64,000 bases of DNA, from positions 3,596,001 through 3,660,000 of the forward strand of contig NC_043018.1 of the NCBI RefSeq assembly GCF_006345805.1, given 5' to 3'. Origin of the DNA: Octopus sinensis. Taxonomy: Eukaryota. The notes beneath the pieces are model-generated. The model ran no database searches and was not told the origin of the DNA. It was given only the letters and a program-made list of their open reading frames with translations. Within the stretch, counting starts at the first letter, position 1, and every line of letters starts with the position of its first letter. Made by a program: the position numbers and the translations under genes. Of this stretch, positions 48,751-61,709 are shown piece after piece.

Positions 48751-51691
48751 ACATCAGAGGACTGCAAACACTCAGTAACAGGACAAAGATCCCGTTCCTG
48801 AGAGACTTTGTTGCATGCAATCAAGCCTTATGCATAGCACTTACGGAAACGCACCTGAAAACGGACATAGCAGATGCGGAGTTACACATACCACAGTATG
48901 CTGTACTACGGACCGACAGGAAAGAAAGGAGTCATAGAGGTGTTGCTATGTACATCCGTGAGGACCTCACACCCCAGGTCCTCTTGTCATACTCAAACTC
49001 GGTGTGTGACACACTAATTGTACATATTAGGCAACTTGATGTAGTTGTGTGTGCTACATATCGCCCTCCAGATGCCCCAAGCCATGTGGGCAAGTTTGAA
49101 GACTGCCTTATAAAAATAGAAGAAATTCTAACCACATTAGAACAACACATAGGTGTGCTTCTTATGGGAGACTTCAATCTGCCCAATGTCAGATGGCCCG
49201 AGGGCCTTTCTCTCCCAGGAATGACAAGATGTGAACGAGGACAGGCGAGGTCCCTCCTGAACCTCATCAACACCCTGTACATGGAGCAGGTAATACTCCA
49301 ACCAACCAGGGCAGGTAACACACTGGATCTCTGCTTCACAAATGACATGGATCTCATCCATAATGTGAAAGTGACACCGACACTACTCTCGGATCACAAC
49401 ATGATAGAGCTGACCATGTACGGGCCAAAAGAGAGCACGGACATGCAGCCTACAAGAAACCCTCAAAATCTTTCCAGCTTGAACTACCATAAGGCAAACT
49501 GGAAACAAATTGAGAAAGAGATCCTCAAACAAAACTGGCCTAAATGTCTCTCCTCGCCAGACATCGACATGAAACAATTCATGTCTGTAATGCAAGCCAT
49601 ATGCTACAAATGTGTCCCAGAGAGAAAGGCCACTGTACACAAGAACAAAATCCCCAGAGAGAGGAAAATTTTAATGAGACGGCGTACAAAATTTTCAAAT
49701 CGCCTAAACAAACAGATTGAAAGCAGTGAAAAGTCCCGCCTAAAAATAAAACTGTTGGAAATCGAAAAATGTCTGCAACTCTCCCATGAAAAAGAAAGAG
49801 CAGACAAAGAAGCCTGGGCTATAGAAAACATAAAATCTAACCCCAGAGCTTTCTACAGGTATGCCAAAGAAACAGCTACAGTGCACTGTAGAATAGGGCC
49901 ACTCCTCGAAAAGGATGGCACACTTACAGGAAAACCAATGAGGGTAAGTGAAATACTGAATGAGCAATTCAAGAGTGTTTTCACTCCACTCCTTGGGCAT
50001 CTCCAAATCACCAATCCAACTGACTTTTTTACCACTGCAGATATAAAATCAGAGGCGGCGACGATAGATTACATCGATATAAAGGAAGACGATGTAACCA
50101 AGGCTATAGATGAAATGAAAACAGACTCAGCTACTGGCCCCGATGGATTCCCGGCAATCCTCCTAAAAGCATGTAAGAGAGTCCTAGCAAGACCACTGCA
50201 GTTCCTCTTTCAGAGCTTCCTTGCAGCTGGCAAACTTCCAGGAAAACTGAAGGAAGGTAAAATATGCCCCATTCATAAAGGAGGTAGCAGAGCGGAAGCC
50301 AAGAACTATAGACCTATCTCTCTGACCTCACACATCAGCAAGGTCATGGAATGAATAGTCAGAAGGAAGCTGATCACCTTCCTTGAAGAGAATGACTTGC
50401 TGCCCCACACCCAACATGGTTTCCGACCAGGGAGAAGCTGTTTAACTCAGCTCCTACAACACTATGACTGGGTGCTGAAACAGCTGCTCAACCACTCAAA
50501 TGTGGAAGTGATATATCTCGACTTTGCAAAGGCCTTTGATAAAGTCGATCATGGAATGATATGTCACAACTGCGTGATCTCAACATAGTTCGAAAACTGG
50601 GAGAATGGCTTCATGACTTTCTGAAGGATAGAAGTCAGGTGGTAGTAGCCAATGGGGCCACCTCCATTAACACACAAATAGTGAGCGGTGTTCCGCAGGG
50701 CACTGTTCTGGGACCACTACTGTTCATAATGGCCCTCTCAGACATGCCCTCAGCCACGCAGAGAGCCACGATCACAAGTTATGCAGATGATACAAAAGTT
50801 TCACAGGCAATACAGAACCCTGAGGACACTAAACACCTGCAATGTGAGCTGGACGAAATATACAAGTGGGCTGAAAAGAATAGCATGCAGTTCAATGCTG
50901 GAAAGTTTCAAGCTTTATACTATCAGCATGCAAAACTGAATGCAATACCCAATGAATACACTGGACCCGGAGGGATTGTAATCCCAGAGGCACAATCAGT
51001 GCGTGACCTGGGTATTCACATGAGTGATGACGCGACCTTTCATGTACATGTTGCTAAACTGACAATGAAATGTAGACGGCTGGCTGGATGGATTCTTAGA
51101 ACCTTTAGAACAAGAGAACAAGAAACCATGATGGTCCTCTGGAAGACACTTGTCCTAAGCCACTTTGACTATTGCTCTCAGCTATGGTCACCATCCAGTG
51201 TCAAGTTGATCACAGAACTTGAGGCGATCCAACGGAGCTACACGAAGAAGATAGCCTCTATGCAGAATGTAAGCTACTGGGAAAGACTCAAGAGATTAAA
51301 ATTATATTCCCTGGAGCGTAGGCGGGAAAGATATGCCATAATATACATCTGGAAGATCCTGGAGGGAAGTGTCCTGAACTTTGGCATCGAGAGTTACGCA
51401 AATGCCAGAACTGGACGCCACTGCGTGGTGCCTAGGACTCCAAACCTGCCATCAAGATGTAGGACAAGATTCTGTGATAGCCTGGGCTTCCGAGGCCCAC
51501 AGCTCTTCAATATCCTCCCGAAGAACCTGAGAGACCTGCATGGGGTGGATACAGATGTCTTTAAAATGAAGCTGGATCTCTTCCTGTCAGGTGTCCCAGA
51601 TGAACCAACTTCACGGCAGGAGGAGCAGATGAGGGCAGCTGCATCGAACTCTCTCATGCACCAAATAGCAGTTGCTAGAAAGCCTCCATGA
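48702..51691 (+). pseudogene. LINE ORF2 (AP endonuclease + reverse transcriptase, ~996 aa if repaired), two lesions
   Basis: APE motifs LNIRGL, LTETHL, YRPP, GDFNLP, LDLCFT, SDHN. RT motifs GPDG, YRPISLTS, QHGFR, YLDFAKAFDKVDH, GVPQGTVLGPLLF, YADD. In-frame TGA at 50352-54 (KVME*IVR) and a 1-bp deletion near 50568. Confidence 0.92.
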
Positions 51692-51783
51692 AGTGAAACC
51701 AAGTAGCAACACCAAATGGCGGTGCCCCAGCATGGCCACAGCTCATAAGCTGAAACTAGAATCAATCAATCAATCAATCAATC

Positions 51784-51816
<33 letters not shown>

Positions 51817-52370
51817 ATATATATATTTAAAGTGTATTCTGTTAAGAACATATTAGAGTACAGAACTGAGCTCATTCACCCTTAGAATTACCAAAGAGCC
51901 AGAAGCATTTGAAGTCTAGGTTTAGGCATTTGTCATGTGTGTGTAAAATGAAAATTGAATAAATCATAGGTGCAGGAGTGGCTGTGTGGTAAGTAGCTTG
52001 CTTACTAACCACATGGTTATGGGTTTGGTCCCACTGCGTGGCATATTGGGCAAGTGTCTTTTACTATAGTCTCGGGCCAACCAAAGCCTTGTGAGTGGAT
52101 TTGGTAGACGGAAACTGAAAGAAGCCCATCGTATATAGGTATGTGTATGTATATGTTTGTGTATGCGTGTTTGTTCCTCCAAAATCACTTGACAACCAAT
52201 GCCAGTGTGTTTACGTCCCTGTAACTTAGCAGTTCAGCAAAAGAAACTGATAGAATAAGTACTAGGCTTACAAAGAATAAGACCTGGGTTTGATTTGCTC
52301 GACTAAAGGCAGTGCTCTAGCATGGCCACAGGCAAATGACTGAAACTAGTAAAAGAATAAAAGAAAGAGA

Positions 52371-52770
52371 CAACAGGAAGGAGTGCGTTTAGACAACCAT
52401 TTAATACACGTTTCGATATAGCTTAGATCCCCATATACACAGGATTTTAATTAAGCAACAGTTTACCTGTATCATAGGGTCTGGTTGTATCATCCTCAGG
52501 TGTTATATTATTGCTGTTCCCATCAGTAAATTTTTGACTCTGATAATAACACATCCAACTGTTGTAATTATTGTTGGATGTGTTAGCATCAAAGTGAAAG
52601 ATTTATTTATGGGGACAGTGATTATACAACACCTGAGGAAGATACAACTGGGTCCCATTATACAGGTAAACCATTGCCTATCTTAAATCCTGTGTATATG
52701 GGGATCTAAGTTGTATCGAAACACGTGTAGTATTTATTAAATGTTTGTCTAAATGTACTCCTTCCTGTTG
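52371..52770. mobile_element. 400-bp inverted-repeat element carrying hammerhead-like motifs
   Basis: CAACAGGAAGGAGT...TAACACATCCAAC / GTTGGATGTGTTA...ACTCCTTCCTGTTG arms; motif in each arm, the right one more intact. Confidence 0.8.
52627..52735 (+). ncRNA. Hammerhead-like motif with long stem II
   Basis: CAACAC-CTGAGGA(52633-39)-A-GATACAACT...AGTTGTATC (9 bp plus an inner hairpin)-GAAAC(52718-22)-ACGT-GTA(52727-29)-GTATT. Confidence 0.6.
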
Positions 52771-53201
52771 ACTCTCCGGAGCAGACTTCAGCTCTGCTAT
52801 TTGAAACTCTGAGTTTTATTATGACAAGCAACTAATTGTCACATACTATATTTATAGATAAATTCCTCTATTTTACATAATATTGAGGTCTCATTCATTC
52901 TTTTGTTGTCATATTATCATTATTTACATATATATATATAACAACAATTATCATCACCATTATCAATTATATATATATATATATATATATGATGATGATG
53001 ATGATGATGATATATATATATATACTATGCACAGTTTCCATCTATCAAATTCATTCATAAGACATTGGTTGACCAAGGGCTGTATGGTATGTATGTATGT
53101 GTGTGTGTGTGTGTGCGCATACAATATTTTCTATTGAGACACCATTGACTATTGTCGATTGATTCTGTCTAAAATTATCCAAATGTTATTTTCTTTCCAA
53201 G

Positions 53202-53294
53202 ATACAACAGCAGAATAACAGAATTACGATTGTCTTAGACGAATATCCAAACAGGAAGAAGGCGTCTATATTTTCTAATCCAGACAACAGATGA
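53202..53294 (+). CDS. NADSYN1: Candidate NADSYN1 terminal exon 19
   Basis: Pyrimidine tract plus AAG acceptor; phase-0 IQQQNNRITIVLDEYPNRKKASIFSNPDNR*; AATAAA at 53322 followed by U/GU-rich sequence. No sequence homology support. Confidence 0.55.
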   Translation: MQQQNNRITIVLDEYPNRKKASIFSNPDNR

Positions 53295-53321
53295 ACCATT
53301 TGGCAGATGTCGCAGATGTGA

Positions 53322-53327
53322 AATAAA
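53322..53327 (+). terminator. Candidate polyadenylation signal
   Basis: AATAAA 28 nt after the candidate stop, with downstream TGATATTTTT...TTTGTCTTGTGTTGG. Confidence 0.45.
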
Positions 53328-56300
53328 CTTTGATATTTTTCCTTGGACTAGATTTGTCTTGTGTTGGTCATTATCTGAAATTTTTTCTTCATTTTCTATT
53401 TTAGTGTGCAGTTTATCGTTTGCCTCATACTTGTTTCAGTCATTTGACTGTGGCCATGCTGGGGCTTCACCTCGGAGAATTTTTAGTCAAACATATTGGT
53501 TCCAGAGTTTATTTTTATTGATTAAATTTAAAGTTATGTTCACCATCTTCATCTTCATTTAACTTTCGTTTTCCATGTGCCAGCATGGACGGTTTGGGGT
53601 GGACGGTTTGACTAGTAAGCTGGGGAGCTGCACCATGTTCCAGTTGTCTGTTTTGGCATGATTTCTAGTGCTGGATGCCTTTCCTAATGCCAACCACTAC
53701 TGAGTGCCTTTTATGTACTGGAATTTATTCATGCATGTACAATTTTGTAAAGAAGCCCATAAGTGTTTCTCTTCTGTTGGATAGGCAGAAGATGTGACAG
53801 TATCATTGTTGCTTTTGGTATCATTGGATTTAATCTTTTTGCTTCGATAATATAAAGGTCAAAGGTACAAAATTCATTATTTAAGCCCTTAGTAATTTAG
53901 GCATGTCAACCTTTTTTTCACAAAGGAATGTAGGTCAATGTTAAGCTTCTGTTGGTTCTGTCTTTACTTGTTGTTGTTATTTAGGGTATGTCAAGTTTTC
54001 ATTTGTAAGGTTGGGGTTATTAGCCAGGCATGTCATGGCTTTGTTTCTCTTGTGTGCATGAAAAACAATTTCCTATATGAACTCAGCCACAAAAATACTG
54101 TCACACTCTGTATCTGCCTAACAAAATAGAAACACTTACAAGCTTGTTTACAAAGTTCTATATGCATGAATAAATTCTAAACAATAACATAATCTCAAAC
54201 TAAATAACAAAAATTTTCCAACACACCTTTCCAAAACAATCAACCATAAAAAACCTAATTACCACACCACCCAAACCCATACACCCAAAGATGATTTTAA
54301 CTCAACAGAGACTGTACGAAGACCAGACTGACTTTAATGCACTGCAATCTGGTGATGCCTCAGCTGGCTGAAACTTCAAAGTTACTGTCGACAACATTCT
54401 TGTAGAAGAATAATATACATATCATCATCATTTAACATCTGCCTTCCATGCTGGCATGGGTGGGACGGTTTCACAAGAACCAACCAGGCAGAAGCCTGCA
54501 CCAGCCTTCTGTGACTATTTTGGCAAAATTTTTACAGCTGGAAACCCTTCCTAGCACCAACCACTCAGCTGAGTGGACTCAGTGCTTTTACCTGGCACAA
54601 GCATAGGGGAGGTCAGGTTTGACAAGGTTTATTCTGCAGGATGCCCTTCCAAACACCAACCACTTTACAGTGTGGACTGGGTACTTTTTAAGGGGCACCT
54701 GCACTAACAGGGTCACAAAATACTTGCAAGACAAAAAAAACAAACTTTCACGAGGGAAGGAGGTGATCTTGTGTTGGATGATGAAAGGTTATAGTGAGAC
54801 AGATACAGGTGTCTTGCTGTAGGGGAAGTACAAGGTTACCTGGCCAAAGAGAGAGAAATCAAGAATGAAGACAGAAACCTATATATATATATAATCATCA
54901 TCCTCATCATCATTTATCACCCATTGTCCATACTGGCATGGGTTGGATGGTTGACCAAGCTAGCATGCAGGAAGGCTGCACCATACGCCAGTCTCATTTG
55001 GTATGGTTTTCTACGGCTGGATACCCTTCCTTATGCCAACCACTCCAAGAGTGTAATGGGTGCTTTTACATGCCATTTACGTGACACTGAGGTGCTTTTA
55101 CTTGCCACTGGCATGTGTGCCAATTTGTGTGTCACCAGTATCTGCCACAACTGTGATTTTGCTCGGCTTGATAGGTCTTCTCATGCACAACATAATGCCA
55201 AAGATCTTGGTCGTTGCCTCCGTGAGGCCCAAAAGGAACTCAGCCACCACATCACAGGTGTATATTCTGGGTGTGCTGGGTGTGTGCTGCACACCCATTG
55301 AAGATGGAAATTCTAATATGATAATGAGTGTAGTGTTTATATATATTTGTCCAAAATCATGCAGTAGGAGTGAATGGTGAAGTGATAGGAGAGAAAATAG
55401 TAATTCAGTGGAGGAGAGGTAGTGAGAGTAATAGCCATAATGGAGTGGAGTGAGGCAAAGTGATAGCAATGAGAGAGAGGAAGTGGCAAAGAGAGTGTCA
55501 TGTGTCTTGTACTATAATAATGTCCTGTAGCAATACTCTTGTGTATTTCTCCATCATGAGAAAGTAAGGGGTGATCCACTGATGGAAGAGGATGGCAAAA
55601 AGTCAACGGAGAAACAAAAATCAAACAGCATTTCAACTCTGTGTGAGTATATGTGTGTGCGCGTAAAAGGGAGGAATATGAATGTTTGTATATATTTTGT
55701 GTAAAATATATTTATATATTTGAGTGAGTGTATATGTGTTTGTGTATGTTTATTTAGAAAGATACATAGAAAATAGAATTACAAGCACACACGCATTAAC
55801 ACATACATATATATATATATATAAAGAGACACATTTAGAAAGGAAGGAAGCGGGCTCTGACAAAGTATAAAAAACCACATTCACTACAGACTGTACTACT
55901 CACACATATAAATGTATACATATACACACACAAACACACACACACATGCGGACACACAGTTGAAGCACTGTTTGATTTTTTTTCACCTTTTTGTGCCCTT
56001 TTTTTATATAAAATACTACAATTAGCCATCATTTTTCAGAGCCCCGGGTCAGCTAGTTTATCATAAATATTAACCTTAGACATTAATTTAATCACACATC
56101 TTAATGGAAAACTTTTGTTATACCCCTGCTTGAAATTTGGTGACATTGGGTGTGGCAGCACATCCATTAGATCAGCCACCCTATGCCACTGACATACATA
56201 CGTTTATATATATAATTAATAAAAAAAAAATTAGGTAAAACACAAGAAAAAACAACACGAGGATGTGGTACATGCAAACTATTAGCAGACACTCAAGGAA

Positions 56301-56429
56301 GGAAAGAAAGGTAGTTTTACATTTTGAGCAAAGCTCTTCATCAGAAACAGGAGACAGGAAAGTCCAAGGGAAAAGGAAGATGGAGGAAAAAAATCGCCAA
56401 CAATCCACATGTGGTTATACTGTGAAATG

Positions 56430-56488
<59 letters not shown>

Positions 56489-57179
56489 CATATATATGAT
56501 GGCGTTTGGTGCCACACTGGAACTGAACCATTGTTGGGAAGCGACCTTCGTGACTACACAAGCATACCTACATCTGTGACTTGAGGAAATGAATGAAAGC
56601 CATAGTGCTGTTGGAAATAACTATTCCTTGTATTTAGCATTTAATTTTTCAATTGGAATGGCCATGTCTGGAATCAGTTTTATCATAGATCTGCTTAAAC
56701 AAGCCTGATTTTGTATGAAACAACATCAGCATAACAAAAAAACATAAAATTGAAATATGTATATTTATTCATTTTTAAAAAATATTAAATTTTTAAATAA
56801 GATATATATATGCTTGTATTATATCATTTTATTTTATAAATATAAATGTAAATATCTACAACATCGTAATATATAAATTTTAAATATATATATCGGTGCA
56901 CACACCGATGCCATCAAAATATATTTTCTTAGAATTTTTTCCCATTGCTATAAACTTGTTTTTATAACAAAAATGAAAACAAAAAAAAACAAAAATAAAT
57001 ACGAATAACATATATTTTCAAATATTTAAATCACCGGATCTCTCTAACTCATTCTCTCTCCTAAAAGTATACAACATTTTTGTGGAATATTTGCTTTTAG
57101 ATTTACAAAATTGAAATGCTCACCCACACACATACTTCATCACTTTTGAGAATTTATTTATATATATAAGAAAATTATG

Positions 57180-57531
57180 AAAATGGAGATATGGCATTAA
57201 TGTAATTTATTATCTGCAGAAATCCAATATATTCTCTTACAGCTGTTTCAAAGCCTAAAAGATTAAATAGTAATAATTAAATCATTATATTAGGCAAAAT
57301 CTCATCAGAGGGGTAGAAAAGATATACTGTTAAGTTATTAGGTGTTGCATTTTCAAATCACCTCAGCAGACTGTCTAACGGTATACCTTTTCTACCACTC
57401 TGATGAGATTTTGCCTAATATAATGATTTAATTATTGCTATTTAATATTTTAGGCTTAATTGAAACAGCTGTAAGAGAATATGTTGGATTTTTGGAGATA
57501 CTAAATTATATTAATATCATATCTCCATTTT
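57180..57531. mobile_element. ~350-bp inverted-repeat element with two opposed hammerhead-like motifs
   Basis: Plus: CTGATGA 57400-06, GCCTAA/TTAGGC in stem II, GAAAC 57462-66, AGCT, GTA 57471-73. Mirror copy on minus at 57238-57308. Confidence 0.75.
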
Positions 57532-57870
57532 CTTTATATTCTTTTGAATGATTATAAACCAAGATTTATATTTAGACCTATTATTTTTTGAATATCATTA
57601 TTATTCACAAAAAATATTAGGCAATGAACCAGTAATTCATTGGATATTACTGTCCCTTAATGAGGCTAATTTAACCTCTAATTGAATACATATATATTTT
57701 TTTTATATATGTATACACACACACTCCAACTTAAAAGGCTTATGACACCATGAAACATGACTTTAAAATGACTTAACAGTTTCTATAAGGTGGTGCAATT
57801 AAATTAGACAAGACCAGGGCCAATTTTGGCCAAAATGTATTGAAGTTTATAACCATGCCTTATATATATA

Positions 57871-58075
57871 TTAATGGACACATTATATATTTTTATAAGC
57901 TGCTAATAGTATCAGACGGCATTTTATAGCACGTCTGGTGCCTTCATGCAATCTTTAGGCTCTGCTCACATAAAGATTGCTTGCGGGCATGAGACGTTTT
58001 GTAAAATGCTGTCTGTGTCGTTTTCATTGCATTAAATTATTAGTAGCTCATAAAAATATATATTGTGTTCGTTAA
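57871..58075. repeat. Imperfect fold-back element
   Basis: TTAATGGACACATTATATATTTTTATAAGCTGCTAATA...GCAATCTTT / AAAGATTGC...TATTAGTAGCTCATAAAAATATATATTGTGTTCGTTAA. Confidence 0.7.
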
Positions 58076-58211
58076 ACAATATTTTTTATTGATCTTACCT
58101 TCAGAGAACATACTATACATATATATTTCAATTATAATATAAAAGGATAAAAACTTTTATCAGTGGCCAGCATATAAAAAGATAGACCTATTAAGGTGAA
58201 ATCAGAAATAC

Positions 58212-58469
58212 AATTATAATTAAAGGCATAGAAAAAAATTCTTGCCTATATGCTGAAAGGAGACGCTAAATTGTCGAGCCTTTGGGTTAATCCAGAAATT
58301 GGCCAATCCAGAGATTACTGAATTTTATGAATTTCCATTAGCTTGCTCCCCCAATTTTCGACACGTGTGGAATAATGATAGTGATGATATTTAATGTGGT
58401 TCGACAAGTTAGCATCTCATTTCTGCATAAAGGCAAGAATAATTTTCTCTGCCCTTAATTTATAATTAT
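58212..58469. repeat. Inverted-repeat element with ~70-bp arms
   Basis: ATAATTAAAGGCATAGAAAAAAATTCTTGCC...TTGTCGAGCC versus GGTTCGACAAG...GGCAAGAATAATTTTCTCTGCCCTTAATTTATAATT. Confidence 0.7.
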
Positions 58470-59481
58470 ATGTATATAATTTATATAAAATAAAAGCTTC
58501 CTTAAGATTTATAATATAAAATGAATCAAGTTTATCAGTTTGCTTTGTGAGAACTAATTTCTTTAAAAATGGAATATTTATAGACGAATCTAGTTTTCAT
58601 CTTGAAAAGAGAGTTTTATATACTTTAAACAAAAGGAATTACTCTTGAGAGAGAAAATGCAAGTAAATGTCGTCTTTAATTCTGGACACAAGCAGTAAGT
58701 TGATTCAGTATTTAGCACAAAATAAATAACAGCTTATACTGGATTGAATATTAAGAAAAATAAGAAGAATTACTGGTGGTAGATAGGCATTATCAAAAAT
58801 CTCTGAGCCTAATGTGTTTCAATTTATTCTGTTTATAGATTAGAGCCAACACAGGCAAGATCAATGTAGTGTAAATCTTCTAAATTATGTGATATGTTAA
58901 TGAAAGTATTTTATTAAGCCATTTTAATGTGATGATGATCTTGTCTGATTGTAGTCCATTGATAGCTTACCCGGGGCACAGAGAAGAACTTCCTTCGTGT
59001 AGAACAAAATGAGAGCATTTTTTTTTAAATCAAAAACAGAAGTAGGTCCAGTAAAGTCTGTAAGTGCAAGCTCTATGAGCTCATCCTTTATCCATAGACA
59101 CAGCAGCATCGGCCTTCTACAAACTTTGACCACATACAAACCTATTTCTTCTCGGTATTAATTCACAACTCAACTCCACGCAATGTTCATGCATGCTGAG
59201 TTTTTTGTGAAATTGTTGTTCCTATATTCAGCATAATTTTATATATTTGTTACTTCCTCTTCCATTTATCAAGAGTAATTCCATTTGTCTTAATTATATA
59301 AAGCTCTTTTTTTAAAAGTTATTAATGCTGATGTGAAATGAAAATTAAAGAAAATGTGTATCTTTTGTAATATCACATAATTTTCTCTCCAACGTTATTC
59401 CAGCATGGAGCCCTGATGAAACAGGTGGTTAGCTTTTATTTATACATATACTCACATGTACATATATATACATAGAAACAT

Positions 59482-59514
<33 letters not shown>

Positions 59515-61112
59515 CACATGTATTTACAGACATACATACATACGCTTGAGTGTATGCATCGACAGTTCAACTAGCACACCAACTCAACCACTTATTTGCA
59601 AACACTGGGTATTCCCTTTACTCAAAATTCTTCCCACTTAGCAACTGACTTGATTCAGAAAAATCACCTACATACATACATGTGTGTGTGTATCATTTCA
59701 TAAACACAGGATTTAAATATGAACGGCTGTTAGTTTCATGCTTTGATGGTACTGTAATTGAACAAGCATGTATAGCTCCTCAGGTCTCAGAAAAATTGAA
59801 GGATAAGTAGAAGCACACTATACTAGCTTATCCAATTACTATACTGTCAGATCATGAAACTTATTGCAGCTGACATTTTAATCATGAGTTTATTAAATGA
59901 TATTCATCTCTTGGTGGATAAACGACATTTTTTGTATTGACTACCAATAACAGAACAGTACATTATATATCATCGTCACCATCATCAGTGTCATGGACTA
60001 TCACTAGTTTTTATAGCTACTCTTGCTGGTGTACCAGCACAGTGTTTGAACTGTTAATACTTAAACCTAGAGGTTTGGTTCATTAGTATGACTCATACTC
60101 TTCCCCAATGCCCAGTGCAGTTATGCTAGAGGAGCATCAAATCATGGGATAGGCCTGTGTGTGGAATACTAGTCACATAATAGTATTTAATAAAATACAG
60201 AAAGCATTTTGGATTTCAAGCTTTAAAAACATACATGGTTGCTGGAGCTGCCATTGTTGGGGCTGTTGATGTCACTTTCCTTCACTCCTCTCAACTGAAT
60301 ATGTAAAGGAATGTTTAAGAGTGTCTATAGCTGTATGATAAAGTGTGGTCTTAACGTTTCCATCATCTGTTTACTTTCACCTTCTACCCTGGGTTACATC
60401 ACCCTTCTGATGATAATTTGCAAGACCAGAATACATTTTGAGCAATTTAACATTATATTTTGTATTTTTGCTAAATACCGATGAGGTGTATTGATAAGAT
60501 TATATAGTTTTCAATAAAAAATTAAGCTGTTGAAACACATGTATGTTTTATAAAGTATAAAATACTATATATGCTTTCTGTATTTTTTAATGTGATATGA
60601 ATGATTATATATATATATATAATTATATATAATCATATCAATTTTATGTTTAATGTAAACATATGGTGTATAAGAAATGTCTATAGTAGATAATGATATA
60701 AAAAATATATTTCTGACTTGTACTGAAGGTCTATAATTTGGGAGCAGTTGATGAAATTCACCTCAGTACTTAATTCTAGGCACCTTAAATCATCTGAAAC
60801 CCCATTTGTTATGGAGATCCTTTCTTCTATTTTTTGTAACATTGTTGTTATTTTATCAGCATTTTACATCCACTTTTCAACCTGGTATGGATTGGAAGAG
60901 TCATCACAATCCATATCAGTTACTGACTATAAATCCCAGTTGTTTTTGTTTTGCTTTGTTATTTGTTTTGTTTTTTTTGCTATATTGTTATCATTTATTT
61001 CAATGTGTATATGTATGTGTGGCCAAGAGGTGAATTTAATCCCACATTGTGGCATCTTGACCAAATGTTTTTACTACAGCCTTGGGTCAATCCAGGCTTT
61101 GTGAATGCAATT

Positions 61113-61654
61113 TCAGTGAGCAGAAACCACTGAGAAGTCCATCTGGTTGAGTGTTCCAGCAATCCAAAGGCCTAACCTTGTCATATTTGCATCACACTGA
61201 TCATGTCTGAGAATTATATGAATGGCATGCATGTCTGTGGAATACTCAGCTATGTTGTTCACTAATTCAATAAGTTGTCCAATCAACTGAACATCAGGGC
61301 ATTCACACACTAAAATCAATGGCAGAAATTCATCATCCAGTGATAATGTCTTTTCATCATTATTAATTATTACTTTAGGATATATTTTCATCATTATTGT
61401 CAGGTATTGTTAATTATTGCTCTCATCATCAGTGACCTCACCTGTTTACTCCACATATCCCACAGTTCCTTGTTGTTATATTATTGTGTTACATTGTTAG
61501 CTATTGCTCTTTTCTTTTAATTAATTACCATTGTTGTTCTCAGCCTTTTAATCAATGTGAATTCCTCGACGTTTCTTCTTTGTCATTCTCATTCTACCAT
61601 TGTATGGTCCCCAATATCTTGAACACTCATGGACAATAAAAGAAATTATTATTA

Positions 61655-61709
<55 letters not shown>

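Larger units (their letters stand above)
46870..51784 (+). mobile_element. Apparently full-length CR1-clade LINE in NADSYN1 intron 18 (sense orientation)
   Basis: 5' tandem array, ORF1, ORF2 (APE + RT), 3' UTR hairpin and (ATCA)n tail at 51761-51784. The 5' boundary is approximate (CGCCATTTT at 46876). Confidence 0.9.

Noticed and set aside
59400-59425. CTGATGAAAC as a hammerhead core
   Set aside because: There is no stem II between the two core halves and no convincing stem I or III.
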